From contig CM059438.1 of assembly GCA_030390025.1 (NCBI GenBank), positions 60,452,001 to 60,516,000 on the forward strand: DNA of 64,000 bases. Direction: 5' to 3'. Shown in pieces: positions 24,680 through 37,445 of this stretch. A program made the position numbers and the translations under genes. The stretch is from Squalus acanthias. Taxonomy: Eukaryota. Below the pieces are notes generated by a model that was not told the origin of the DNA, ran no database searches, and saw only the letters and a program-made list of their open reading frames with translations. Numbering within the stretch: the stretch's first letter is position 1; each line of letters opens with the position of its first letter.

Positions 24680-25285
24680 GAAATGGGTTCCCACATCTGA
24701 TTCATTGTCAAGACCAGATTTTTCACCTCCGAAACATCACCCACCTCCACCCCCCCTCTCCCCTTTGCTGAATAAACCCTAATCCATGCCGTTGTCAACT
24801 TCAAGATGGATTCCGCCAAGGTTTTCCTTACATGTTTACATCCTGCATCAGCTTTAAATCATCCAGATCACCGTCCCCTGATCCTATCCACGCTATGGCC
24901 CCCAACCCTCATCACCCATGTCTTTGCCGACTTCCACTAGCTCCCTGCCCAGAAAATTGGCTTTAAGATTCTTATCCTCACTTTCAAATTCCCACACAGC
25001 CTTTCCCTCCATACCCTTGTAATCTCCTCCAGCTGTATGTTCCTTCATGCATCCTCCACACTTCTAACACTGGTTAACTCCTTCAGCTACTAGGCCCCAT
25101 CCTCTGCCACTCCTTTCCTTAGCCCCTCTGCTTTGCCATCTCCTCCCTGTTTTCAAAAGCTTTCCAAAGACCCTTCTCTTTGACTGTGTTTCACTCCCTC
25201 CTAATATCTCTTTCCTTGCTCCCTCCTGTAAAGTGCTCTCAGACATCTCATTGTACATGAGAAGCACTATAGACCTCTACATTGT
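24680..25285 (+). mobile_element. Old L2 3' fragment
   Basis: Diverged similarity to 39270-39920 (CTAATCCATGCC, CATCACCCATG, TTTAAGATTCTTATCCTC). Confidence 0.65.
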
Positions 25286-25383
25286 TGATACAAAAATGAA
25301 GAGCTTTACATTCCTGAATCCTCTGTTACAATGAACTGCAATTGTCACAATACCAGCTGATATACTATCTGATAAATTCCTCC

Positions 25384-25945
25384 CTGTAACACTCCCTGAT
25401 AAACTATGATGAACTCCACACCCCTCACTGTAACACTCCCTGATAAACTATGATGAACTCCACACTCCTCACTGTAACACTCCCTGATAAACTATGATGA
25501 ACTCCACACTTCTCACTGTAACACTCCCTGATAAACTATGATAAACTCCACACTCCTCACTGTAACACTCCCTGATAAACTATGATAAACTCCACACTCC
25601 TCACTGTAACACTCCCTGATAAACTATGATAAACTCCACACTCCTCACTGTAACACTCCCTGATAAACTATGATAAACTCCACACTCCTCACTGTAACAC
25701 TCCCTGATAAACTATGATAAACTCCACACTCCTCACTGTAACACTCCCTGATAAACTATGATAAACTCCACACTCCTCACTGTAACACTCCCTGATAAAC
25801 TATGATAAACTTCACACTCCTCACTGTAACACTCCCTGATAAACTCCACACTCCTCACTGTAACACTCCCTGATAAACTCCACACTCCTCACTGTAACAC
25901 TCCCTGATAAACTCCACACTCCTCACTGTAACACTCCCTGATATA
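25384..25945. repeat. 44-bp / 34-bp minisatellite (10 x 44 + 3 x 34 + partial)
   Basis: Unit CTGTAACACTCCCTGATAAACTATGATAAACTCCACACTCCTCA starting every 44 bp from 25384 to 25780, then 34-bp units at 25824, 25858 and 25892. Confidence 0.97.
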
Positions 25946-26959
25946 CCCAAGCACTTTTGATATTCTCGCTAGAGTTAAAATGGAAGTAGCTTTCCCTTAC
26001 CAAAATTCAACATTGAGCTGCGCAGGTGAAGTCTCCTGGCCGCAGCCCTTGGATCTAAGCTATTCAAATTATTGGTCATTTGCAGGACATTGGGTAATTT
26101 ATCAGATAAAGATTTGCCTTCAATTACCATTAGGTATCAAAAATAAATGGACTATTTGAAGTATTAGCATATATGGATTGAGAGACCATGGAATAGACAA
26201 ATTTTGTATCTCTAATTGTGAACCATCGAGGAAAATGCTTGGAGGAAGAGAATAACTCCCCATCTCTCAAGATGTTAGACCCGCATTCCTAGTTTTATTT
26301 GATGACGTCAAAGGACTGGCGTTAATATTAAAGGATTCCCATAGTATGACTAACAGCACAAGGTGCTCGTATCTATAGTCCTGACTTTAGATCTGAACTC
26401 CATGGGTGTACTAGAAATGTTTGCATATTCCACATACATCTCATGCAACAGCACTTCCACTTCAGCACCATGAAATCAGGATTGGGTGCTGGGCTGCACT
26501 GTCACTTGTCTGCAGGCTCATACCTGCATCTTGAGTGACTGTTCCCTTCATTTTTGCCCCCTGTCCCTTTAGACTTCACAAAGCCTGCTAAGGGGGCATC
26601 TGATGCCTCTTGAGAATTTCCACAGGCTTTCAGAATCTTTGTCAGCTTATTGTGACTGAGACATAAATGAAGGTAGTGTTTTCTCCAGTCTTAGCTTAGC
26701 GACTGTCCCTTTAAATCCACTCACAATTCTGGCCTGGATCAGCCACAAGTGGCTGTAATTTGGTGTGGAACCCAGTCTCACTGAGATTCCGCTTCATTTT
26801 ATCAATGCAGTTGTTTTCCAGCGAGGGGGCATCACCATGGATGGATCTTTCGCTCGCTCCCAAGTCAAGGGGGCATGCCTGAGGAACTTCAGGGCTGCCC
26901 TGGAAATCCTGCCCATTCCGAACTGATAAGGCCTCAGCGGGACCTATGCCAGCTGAGAG

Positions 26960-27105
26960 CTGATGGCTGATTTTTGTTGGGTAAGGATATCGAGGGATAG
27001 GGAACTAAGGCGAGTAAATGGAGTTGAGGTACAGTTCAGCCATGATCTAATTGAATGGCGGAGCAGGCTCGAGGGGCTGAACATGGCCACCTCCTGTTCC
27101 TATGA
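26960..27105 (+). mobile_element. CR1 3' tail
   Basis: CAGCCATGATCTAATTGAATGGCGGAGCAGGCTCGAGGGGCTGAA…CTCCTGTTCCTATG; similar short tails at about 16909-16990, 53600-53700 and 54655-54745. Confidence 0.8.
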
Positions 27106-27943
27106 GTCCTTTTCAAAGGTCCCAAACCCCTCAACCAGCCAATGGTAACATCAAAGGTAACTCCAAAAAATGCTTTGCGGGCTCCAATTTGAGCAAAGAT
27201 CAAGAAAACCTAGCTGGCTGTTGGGCCGCCTCCTCTGCCTTTACAGTGACACGGCATCGCTCGGACTTTCAAGAATCGAGGGAGGAGTTGTGAAAATACA
27301 GAAGGGCTACAACACGGTTACAGGCCATTCGGCCCAACCAGTCCCTGTTGGTGATGACCCTGCATGCGAGTTAACCACTCCCAAACAAAGGATTATCTGT
27401 GTGCTTTGTTCAGTCGTACAGCCGATTATTTTTGAATGTGGTTGACAGTTATTCAAATCCAGGAAGCCCTGCTCGCTATCTTCAGGGATGTTTAGGAAAC
27501 TATAGCTATTCAAAAGTCTGATTTAATTTGGAATTTTCAGGAGAGCCGTCTAAACCAGCATCAACTCCCGCGGTAGTAAGAACTACAAGAGTAAAAGAAA
27601 GACTCCGATATAACAGTATTCTACAAGAAAAGCTCAGCGTTAGATTGCAACCTTTTATTGATTTGTTTTTGAGTAGTAGATAGGATTGCCACTGTAACTG
27701 TATACATTATAACACTGCTAGTTATTTGCTTGTTCACCTTTTCAAAAAATATATTCACTTAATGAATTAAACTTAAAATGAGATCTGAAGTTGTGATGCC
27801 CGATCACTTATCGAATACAGGCAAGAGATCCAAAGGGGAGAAATGATAGTTCCGATTGCTAAAAAATAATTAACAGAAATGTTTTCCTGTTTACTTTCCA
27901 GGGGTGTGCTATTGAAGGCTTAGCCGGATATCAAGAATATTGA

Positions 27944-28277
27944 AAGAAAGAAAGACTTGCACATATTGAGGGGCTTTCACGACATCCCAAAGCGCTTTAT
28001 AGCCAATGAAGTACTTTTTGAAGTGCAGTCACTGTTGTAATGTAAGAAACAGGGCAGCCAATTGGGGCACAGCAGGAACCCACAAACAGTATTGTGATAA
28101 TGAACAGATCAGCTGTTTTTCAGTGATGTTGGTTGAGGGATATATATTGGCCAGGACATTGGGGAGATCACTGAAGAGTGTCAGCCTGGATTTTGTGCTC
28201 AAGTCTCTGGAGTGGGCGCTTGAACCCACAACCTCCTGACTCAGAAGGCGAGAGTGCTGCCACTGAGCCACAGCTGA
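27944..28277 (-). mobile_element. Deu-domain SINE, internally deleted
   Basis: tRNA-like head (GGCTCAGTGGCAGCAC…GGGTTCAAG) and 3' tail match 51400-51850; the middle is missing. Confidence 0.85.
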
Positions 28278-28441
28278 TTCACTCTCTATGGCGGAGGGAG
28301 TGCGGACTCAGCTGTGAAAGGGCAGTCTGAAGTACACAGACTGAAAAAAAAAGTCTGGAATAAGAAGTGTAAAAAGGACTAAAAGTAACGAGACTCCCGT
28401 TTAGATTGCCCAATCTCTTAAATTTCACTTGCACGCACTTT

Positions 28442-29334
28442 GGGGTAAAAATTCAGTTGGTTGTGCCTCCCGTTAGCGCCTTAAGAGGGCGCTAATGGGG
28501 CGCAAAGCCGCTAACGCCCGGGCGCAGCGATGTTTGCGCCGCTCGGGAACTTAACTTGACATTGTGCGGCGGCGCTAAACTTTACCGCTGCGACCACCTG
28601 CGCGCGCAGATTGTGACGTCATTCCATGGTGCAACGCCCTTGTGGCGCCCCGGAGCGGAAATTGAGTGGCGCCCCCTGCCTTACCGCCTGACGCTAGCAA
28701 CGACAGGTTGAGGGGAGCGTTCTGCAGTCATGAAGGGAAAGGGGGAGTGCTATTTAAAGGTGACCGCTTCCTGCCTTTTATTGTTGGTGGCATTTTTGAA
28801 CTACGCATTCTGAGAGAGAGAGGGAGAGACTTCTGGAGAGATTCAACGTTGTGTGAAGGAGTTTTGGGTACTGAGCAACACTTTGCAGGTTCATTTTGAT
28901 TTGCCATTCCTTGTATCGATTTAGCAGAGACTGTGGGAGCTGCACTCTGAGCTCTTTGCCTGGTACTCTACATTGTTCTTTCCAGCACATTTGATGTGCA
29001 AGTCTCTCCAGGCCGAGATTCAAGGCTGCAATGAACAGGATGTGGATGGAAAGCAAGATTAACCATCCCCTTTAAGAACTGGCCCGTGCCATTGTGTGTG
29101 TGTTCCATTGCTGACTGACATTACATGAGCTTCGCCAGCGCTCTGAGTTAGCGCCTCACTCCTTGGCCTTTGCGCCTTAAGACAGGTGTGCAGCGCCTGA
29201 TTTAGCGCTCCACTCACCTCCCGGGGCGGTAAAAGTGAAGTTTCCAGTCAGTGGCGATAATTAGTGCCAGGCGCTAATATTTGCGTCCAGACGATATTTG
29301 CGCCCCAAATAGGGCGCGACCTAATTTTCCCCCC
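28442..29334 (+). mobile_element. Non-autonomous relative of the 8881-15080 Harbinger (893 bp)
   Basis: Left end …ATTCAGTTGGTTGTGCCTCCCGTTAGCGCC matches 8890-8920. CCCCTTTAAGAACTGG (29068) and GATTTAGCGCTCC (29199) match the right subterminal region (12428, 12538). Ends in AATTTTCCCCCC; no clear TSD. Confidence 0.8.
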
Positions 29335-30240
29335 AATCTCCCCCATCATGAGAACATTGCCTGCACATGTCCAAATCTGCACCTGGAGCGCTGCATAACT
29401 AAATATCAGGATGACCTCGGACAATCGGGTGCAAAGAGAATACTTCCATACGTGCCAGTACAAAACCCATTTCTAATTATTCAGGTGTAAACTGCAGGCA
29501 TAACGGAAAATGTAGGAAAATATTCGAGAAAACAGAACACTTTTTCCCACGTCTGTAAGTGTCTGGTGACGGCGAAGTGTTTAGTTACGAAGTTGTTCAA
29601 TGAATTTTCATCATCAGGAAAGAAAACACCAAAGGTCAAGCTCTGATCTCAGCCCCCCCCACCCCCCCCCCCCCCCCCCCGGCCCCAGCTCAGTCTGAGC
29701 CTTGTTCAGTTTTTGGCTTCAGTTAAAGGTGGCCGCCCAGTTCATCAGAAGGAGGGCTGGTTCTTGCATACGTACCAGATAAAGATGGACTGTGGACAAT
29801 CAGAAAGGTTAAACTATACAACACTGCAAGACCACGGAAAGATTTTCAGTGCTTAAAAGATAAAGAGCAAAAACAATTTATTTTCCTTGTTTACATTTAG
29901 TTTCCTGTCACGGAATTTTCTGAAACTGGAGAAGCTTCTGCTCAGATAATAAAGTGGTTACTAAGCAACAGTGGCTGAGCTCCAATAAACTTGTCACCTG
30001 AAGATGGGGCCCCAGGCTTGAAAGGCTGGTCTGTACTGCTGATACAATGGCATACACACACCACAATGTTTAATTTCCTTAGTCAAGCAAGTTTCTGAAA
30101 CCAGAATGGCCTTATCCCCAGGTAGTGTTTACGTGTTCTCACCAAGCAACAGGTTTCTCACAGTAAGGTCTCATTACTGCAGTTAGACACACACCAGTGT
30201 GCTGTGTATTGTGGGCCGAGCAGGAGAGAGCGACCTTTAA

Positions 30241-30620
30241 CGAACAGAAGGACTTGCATTTCTACAGCGCCTTTCACGACCTTAGGATGTCCCAACGCGC
30301 TTTACAGCCAATGAAGTACTTTTCAAGTGTAGTCACTGTTGTAACATAAGGAAACGCGGCAGCAATTTGCACAGCAAGATCCCACAAACAGCAATGTGAT
30401 AATGACCAGATAATCTATTTTTAGGTGTTGGTTGAGGGATAAATGTTGGCGAGGGCACCAGGGTTTACTCCCCTGCTTATGTTCGAAACAGGGCCATGGG
30501 ATCTTCTCACTTGAGAGGCCAGACGCGACCTCGGACTTATCGTCTCATCCGAAAGACGGCACCTCCGACAGTGGAGCACTCCCTCAGTACGGCACTGGAG
30601 TGTCACCCTGGATTATGTGC
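30241..30620 (-). mobile_element. Deu-domain SINE, 5'-truncated
   Basis: Reverse complement of the SINE body and tail. Confidence 0.85.
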
Positions 30621-31789
30621 GCAATATGCTCGGAGACAAATTATCTTTATTTTTATCTGAAGGCAGGCATTCCCTTGCCTTCTCCTTTTCTTGGTTCTCC
30701 TTGTGGCACACCTGAGCGCCTCCCAAATGTAAAACATTTGTCCAACAGGCAAATGCAGCCAACGCAATACCAGCCGGGCAGTGCCCACGCCCCTTGCCAT
30801 GTGAGGCACGTGAGCTCACCATGGTAGCGAGGCACAGGAGTGGGCATCTTTCGGGCAGGCTTCCGCACAACACGGAAACCCAGGCAGTTTATTCTGTCAT
30901 GCCAGATGTAGTGAGTGTGAGCCCCATGAGCAAAGTGTCAGCCTCGAGTGTGAGAGATCTATCCATGTTTTGATTGTCTGAGAGGGTGGGAGAGGAATTT
31001 TCCCGTGTATTTCCACCTTATTGGCCTTGGGTTTTTTCCTCTGGTTTTGTGCCTCTTCCAGGAGATTACCTGGCTGTGGGGCAGAGTTGTAGCCGGGGGT
31101 GGGGGGGTGGGGGTGCGGTGCAGGGGAGTGTTTAGTCATGATGCTCTGCCCATCATGGTGTGGGGCATGCTTGATGGACCAGTTGGTCTTTTCCTGCCCG
31201 TTAATTTTGAATGTTTGGAGCAGGGGAACCATATGACAAAATACAGTATTTTGTCCATTGTTTTTTGTTCTGTCTTCTCAACTGCCAATGCTGGAAATCT
31301 GAAACAAAAATGGAAAACACTGGAGACTCTCAGTAGGTCTGGCAGCTTCCATTGAGACAGCACGAGACAGTTGACATTTCAGGTATACAACCCTTCTCCA
31401 GATCTGAAAAATATTGCAGATAAACAACATTTGAGAAGGAATGGAATAAAAGAAAGGAAGAGAAACACACAAAGTGACTGCAGACACAGGAGATGACATA
31501 GAATGAGCTGTAAACTGCTAAGATGGGGATCAGGAAATTGTTACAGGGAAGAAGTGACACGCGCAGCAGATAAAAGGAGGCATAATGATAGGAATACAGG
31601 AAATAAAAGATATATACAAGACACATCAAGTCCCGATTTTAACTCTACATGGATTCCTCGCTCAGGCCTGAGTTAAAATTACAGTCGGGTCTCAATTATG
31701 TCATCGGGTAACAACATGCATATGTAAGGAAGGACCCTGTTGGCTTCGGGCGCATGTCCTTGCAAAATTGCAGATGTTGCAATCATGGA

Positions 31790-33720
31790 AAAGTTCCAAA
31801 TGAGAACAAGTTCAGCCAGGGGAGGAGGGTAGTGGATGAGAACTGGTTGGGCTCCTGTTCAAGGTCCACAGGCCATCCTGATGAGGGATGGGGTTGTAGA
31901 GGGTCTGTACATCCATAGTTAACAGCTAGAGGCAGAAAACTAAAATTTGTTAAAGTGGTAGAGGGCATCATAAGAGTCGAGGATATAGGTGGGTAGGGAC
32001 TGGACAAGGGTAAAACAACAGTTGAGATAAGAAGAAATAAGTTTGATGGGTCAGGAGGAGGCTGAAACAGGAGGCTGTCTACCTCTTGGATCTTGGTGAA
32101 GAGGTAGAACTTAGTGTGTGGGGCTGGGGAACTATGAGGTTGGAGACCATGGGAGAAAGATCGCCACAGGAGATGAGGTCATGATGGCTTGTTGTTCAGT
32201 AGTGGGATTGTGGTCCAGGGGAGGTAGGAAGAGCTGTCAGAGGATTGTCGTTCAGTCTCAGCAAGATAGAGGTCCTTCCGCCATACAACAACAGCACCTC
32301 ATTTGTCAGAGGTTTGATAACAATGTCAAGGTTGGATCTGAGAAAACAAAGTGCTGCAAGTTCAAAGGGAGATGTGGTGGGTGCTGACTCTCTGTCTGCC
32401 TTCAAGAGGGATCTGGATCGGTTCTTTATTGGGTCAGAGATCTCATCATCTAGAAGGTAAGTGTCTTTACAGGTAATACTTCGTCCATGTCATCTCCTGG
32501 ACTGGTTTCGATTCCCTCAGGAGGTCGGAGATGAATTTTCCAGCGTATTTTTTCCCTTATTGGCCCTGGGTTTTCTTCTGGTATTTTGCCTCTCCCAGGA
32601 GATTACATGGCTGTGGGGCGGGGAGGGCGGTGTGGGTGGGAAGTGCCTGGTCATGATGCTCCAGCCATCACGGTGTGGGGCAGGCTTGATGGACCAGCTG
32701 ATCTTTTCCTGCCTGTCAATTTTGTATGTTCGGAGAGTGAGTGAGGGGAGTGGAGAAACTTGTACATCGATATGCTGACAATTTTCAATTAAAAAAAAAT
32801 CAAGAGAGGGTAGATTCCAGAGGGATGGGTCCAGGTGATTCAGGGAGACCGAACACAGGAGGAAGTGTCAGATATGCAGGGAGAGGCCTCCTGGCCAAAG
32901 AGGTAGGCACAGAGGCGGAAGAAAAGATCGACATCCTGCTGAACTCGGAATTCGTTGAGGTGGGGCATAGGCGGCTGAAGCTGAGGATTTTGCTGAGGAT
33001 GATTGTATGGGGTCAGAGAACGGAAGGTCAGCGAGGATTGGTGAAACGGTAACATGGGGTGAGATTGGAAGGAGAGATGGGCTCAGATGAAAACAAAGAG
33101 GAAGAGAGGGTAGATCTTGACTTTGTGCGATAGTGATAGTGAGTCGGCAGCCCATCTTAAATCTCCCCTGATTTTTATTTCCATTGAAATCACTGGAGAT
33201 AAAAATGAGAAGAGATGTAAGACGGGCTTCCGACTCACTATTACCCGGTTTACACTATCGCACAAAGTCAAGATCTACCCTGAGGAATCTGGGGAGAGGT
33301 GTTGGCATCCAAGAGTTGTTGAAGTTTGCGCTCCTTGCAACATGAAAGGAAGAAAAAAACTTTATTGTTAAAGCACCGGATGAGATAAAGGATGAATTGG
33401 AACTGAGGATCAGGACTGCTCAGGAATAAAGTGAGCTGAAGAGAATAATTGAGAGTGTGTATACAGCAGCGCATAGAGAAGAGGGATCTCTTGCAGTGGC
33501 AAGAGCAGTGGTTCGAGGAACACTGAATGTCACGGAAATATTGGTGGTCATGGGTGGATCAGTTACAGGAAGGGTGAAATTTAAGCTGGAATCCATGCGC
33601 AATGACTCAGAGCTGGAGACAGGCACTGAGAGAAGAGACGTGGCTGTGACAGTGAGTCTTAGCAAGTACATGATCAAACACAAGAAGGGTCAGGACTGCC
33701 CACCTTGAAGACGTTCTGCT
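31790..33720 (-). mobile_element. Decayed Penelope-like retroelement, interrupted by a CR1 3' end (about 32355-32735) and a MITE
   Basis: Remnants NEFRVQQDVDLFFR, LRSNLDIVIKP (start of the IKPADKG motif) and MDVQTLYNPIPHQDGL are typical of Penelope-type RT. Confidence 0.75.
33107..33281. mobile_element. 175-bp fold-back MITE
   Basis: Perfect 29-bp TIR AGGGTAGATCTTGACTTTGTGCGATAGTG; 3-bp TSD GAG on both sides; inner arms also pair. Confidence 0.92.
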
Positions 33721-33839
33721 CCTCTCTTCCACATGATTTCTGTTTTGACTCTTTTAACCTGTTGGCATTTATTGCTATCCCACAACCATCAGACTCAGAG
33801 GTGAGAGAGTGCTGTACTAACTGAGCCAAGCTGACACGA

Positions 33840-34490
33840 GAGGGCGATTCTAACCTACCCGCCCAGCGGAAATCAGGCAGGTGGGAAGTTAAAATCGCCC
33901 GGGTTACTTACCTGCCCTGGGGCCGCCAGGATTACGCCGTCCACGATTTTAACCTGCTCTCCTGAGCAGGCGGCAAGGACGTACGCCCAAAGCTGCCAAG
34001 GTCCTTCTTTACATTATGCATGTCGAGTCCTGATGGCGTTAGCGGGTCCCAGCTGCAATTTTAACTCAGGCCTGAGTGGGGATGCCACTGCGGCTGAACC
34101 CGGGACAGAAGAGAATCAGCCCCAGAAGAGGCTGAAAAGGGTCCTTTTTTTTCTTTCCTTTTTGGGGACAGGAGGAGGAGTGCTTCTCCAAGTCCCACAA
34201 GAAAGGCTTAGGCCTCTCCTGCCCCAGTCTCCTCCCTCCCCCCTTCCCGAACGCAAGACCCCGGAGGCACCCCGCCCCCCCGGAGCCCGACCCTGCTAAA
34301 TACCTTGTGGTGGCGGGCAGCCCCCGGCTGCACAATTTTCCATTCCTTTCTGGCGAGTTCCCGCCCGCTCTGGTGGGAAGTGAACCGGACACATGTTACT
34401 AGGAGACCCGGGAGTTAAAATAGCCCAAGCCTCATTTCCAACTCACCTCGCCACCCACCTGCCCAAAACCCACCTAGAGTTAGCAACTTA
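33840..34490. mobile_element. Degenerate GC-rich non-autonomous DNA-transposon-like repeat
   Basis: Recurrent ATTTTAAC / GTTAAAAT motifs in both orientations; similar to 31630-31770 and 53780-53960. Confidence 0.5.
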
Positions 34491-36475
34491 GAATGTCCTT
34501 CCTCTGTCCATTATTTTAACCCAGGCTTCAACCTATTTATTTTAAATGGGTTAGTGTCTCCACATATATAATGGATAAAGGAACATAATACAAATACATT
34601 CAGTGTTTATCCAACAATATTACCAGCAGTAATTTCAAGGTTATGATATTTGTTGCACTGAAAATATTCAGGATTGGTAGATTATAAGATATTTCTCATG
34701 AACACATACTTCCCTGCTCCTACCACCTCTACTGTTTATTTACACATAATTTTCCTTCTTTTTGAAAATCCATTAAAATTGGGGCTGTGCTCATGTGTGG
34801 TGCAGGCAGACCCACGCTGGGGAGGGAGGGGGCTGGCCTCGGGAATTTTGCATGATAAGTTCCTCTCTTTCTTATGTATAGGCTTCTTGCATGTGGAAAA
34901 CATACGCAGCGAGGATGGCCTGCAGGCCAGTTGGAAAATTGGGGAAGCCAGCAGCTCTTAAAGGGCTGCTGCTGGCCATTAAAGGGGAGTTCAGGAGTGC
35001 AGTCGCTGAATGGAGGTTGAGAATTCCTCGCCAAAATGACGGCGGGGCGGAAGACTCCAGCACTTAGCCCCGATCCCTTGGAGGTCGTGTTGCAGGAGTT
35101 GCCGTGAAGGAGAGTGGCCATATTGGGAGCTGAGGGTATTCCATCGGTTAAAGCAGAGAGATACCAGAGAGAGTCAATGCAGTCTCCCAGGTCCATCATA
35201 CCTGGAAGCAAATGTTTTCTGGTATCAGGAGAAGTGCCAAAGCAAATGTACTCACCTTTATATATGCACTTACTCTTCCTCCCTAGAAGGTGTAGCCCCA
35301 ATGTCATTGTTCCTGCCCTGCACCCTCAGGAGATGGCATGCAGAGACCATTTGCCCCTTCTCACAACAGGTGACGGTAGGCACGCTTGCAGAGAGATTCA
35401 GTGACCATGTAGCAGCTCATGGTTCAGCTCACAAAGATTACTGCAGGCTGAAACACCATGCTAGCTATTTGCAGAGTTCTGGCCCCAGGGGGAAGCTGAT
35501 TGGAGCAGGAGGTGCTGTTTGGGATGCACAGGTAGTTGCTGCCATGTTCCCAAATGTGTTCTGCTTCCATAACAAGGATTCCCCAGAGAGAGGACCAGGA
35601 CAGGCAAAGGACCTGCCATACTAAAGCAGCTTATGCAATATGACCAAAAAAAACTCTGGAAAGAATTGACGAGAGTGAGCTTAGAGACACAATGCTACCA
35701 GCAAGCAAATTTTGTCATTAATTATTATCCTGGCCATATTTCCTTTCTTAATCCTCCCTGGTGAGGCTACGCTCGTCAATCCACTACATAACGCTCAAAA
35801 TGTTTTACCCTCTTCTATTGTGGGGGGGGAGGGGGCATTGTAAATCTTCCTTTCCTCTTCCTATAATGTTCTTCCCAAGAAGGGGCAAGAGGAAATCATC
35901 TCACTCTAAGTCTATGAGGGTGAAATTGGTCTTCGCCAGTAGCGCAAAACCGTGGCGAAGCAGCAGCTGGTTTTACACCACAGCCTATTTTATTTCCCTT
36001 GGAATCATGAGCCCGTTTCGCACAACTGGTACAGACCAATTTCACCGCCTATGTTTCTATATAGACCACGAGTTTCAAATACCATTTTTTTCAAATGACA
36101 TTTTTATGACATCACACGATATGAAAACAATTGTCACAATTCTCAGCCCACTGCTATAACATTGGTTAAGCCGACACTAGCTTAAAATGAATTTATAAAT
36201 ATTTATAATTCTTGGCTGCCATGTTGATATTTATGGTGTATGTAGTTTCCAAGTATTAGGAAGGCATTTACATCTCTCTAGTTCAGATATCCTCCACACC
36301 ACAGGATTTGCTAATCAATCATATTTAATACAATCATATCAAAGCTACAGACAGCTGATATTTACATAATGTATAAATGTTTTTACATTTAATGTTAAAA
36401 AACATTTCCCCCAGCACAAATAAAGAGTGTGAATTCGGGAACGGCATCAAGACCCAATGAATATTTAGTATCATT

Positions 36476-37225
36476 GGGCCATAATTTGCTGTCAAAATAG
36501 CAGTGAGGCTAATTTATGTGCAAATGGTACAGCGACTTCAGGTGAGGGCAGATGAGCGTTTGAACTCAAATATCCAAAAGTTGCTATCCGAGTTGCATCG
36601 CTCCTCCATTAGCTTTGCGAAAATGGCATCTCGCTGTCTGCCTCACCACTGAAATGCATTGAATGGCTTGAAGTTGCTGTATTTGCGCGGTAGATGCAAA
36701 CTAACCTTGCCACAAAAGTTAAGTCCTGTCCATTCCAGTCTAAGTACCCTTTTAACGTGATAAGTGTTAATTACTGCCAAACAACCTCTCTAGCACTGAA
36801 AATTAACTATTACAAGTGTGGAGTCTCATTCCTTCTGGTTTTAATTGTTGTTGGAGATTTTAAAATTGTAAAATTTTAAATAATTTTTTGAACTTTTCCT
36901 TCCTGTCTCTTTTTCTCTCTCTATTAATCAATCTTGCTTTCCCTCTCTTTCTATACCTGATTTGACATTGAATTCACCCGCTCTAATTTACACTTCCTTC
37001 TCAGTCCTTGCGCTGTTAATTTCTCAATCCTTCAATCTGAGAGATTCACAGTTGCTTGCCCTGTTCACTCGGGTCCCAGATGCCCGGTTTCCCCTCGCTG
37101 CGCCGTTATCAGCTCGCACTTTCAGCAACTTGCCACCCAAAAAATTAAAAAATCTAAACGTGCAAGGGCAAGTCTAACCAACGGCAGACGGCGTTAGATG
37201 TCCTGCCACAGCAAAATTAGGGCCC
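36476..37225. mobile_element. 750-bp Harbinger-type MITE just downstream of the RING gene
   Basis: TIR GGGCCATAATTTGCTGT / ACAGCAAAATTAGGGCCC; perfect 3-bp TSD ATT (36473-36475, 37226-37228). Confidence 0.85.
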
Positions 37226-37445
37226 ATTGTCTTGTAAAATATAGGGGCCCCAAACTGAACCTTTGCATGGCAAACTGTGTGAAGAATATTTATAACCCAC
37301 CAAGTGAATTTTCACCTGCCACATTGATGACTATTACTGATTGTACAATAACCTTTAGGATTTTTTTGGGGTTGGGGGGGGGGGGGAGGAAATCCCATCA
37401 TTCTGTCTCCATTCTGTCTCGAGAAGCGATTCTGAATAAAGTGCT

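Noticed and set aside
17894..25945. CRISPR-like appearance of the tandem arrays
   Set aside because: Head-to-tail repeats with no unique spacers, eukaryotic context, no cas genes.
29653..29680. Poly(C) tract, potential G-quadruplex on the minus strand
   Set aside because: Simple homopolymer, length unreliable, no supporting context.
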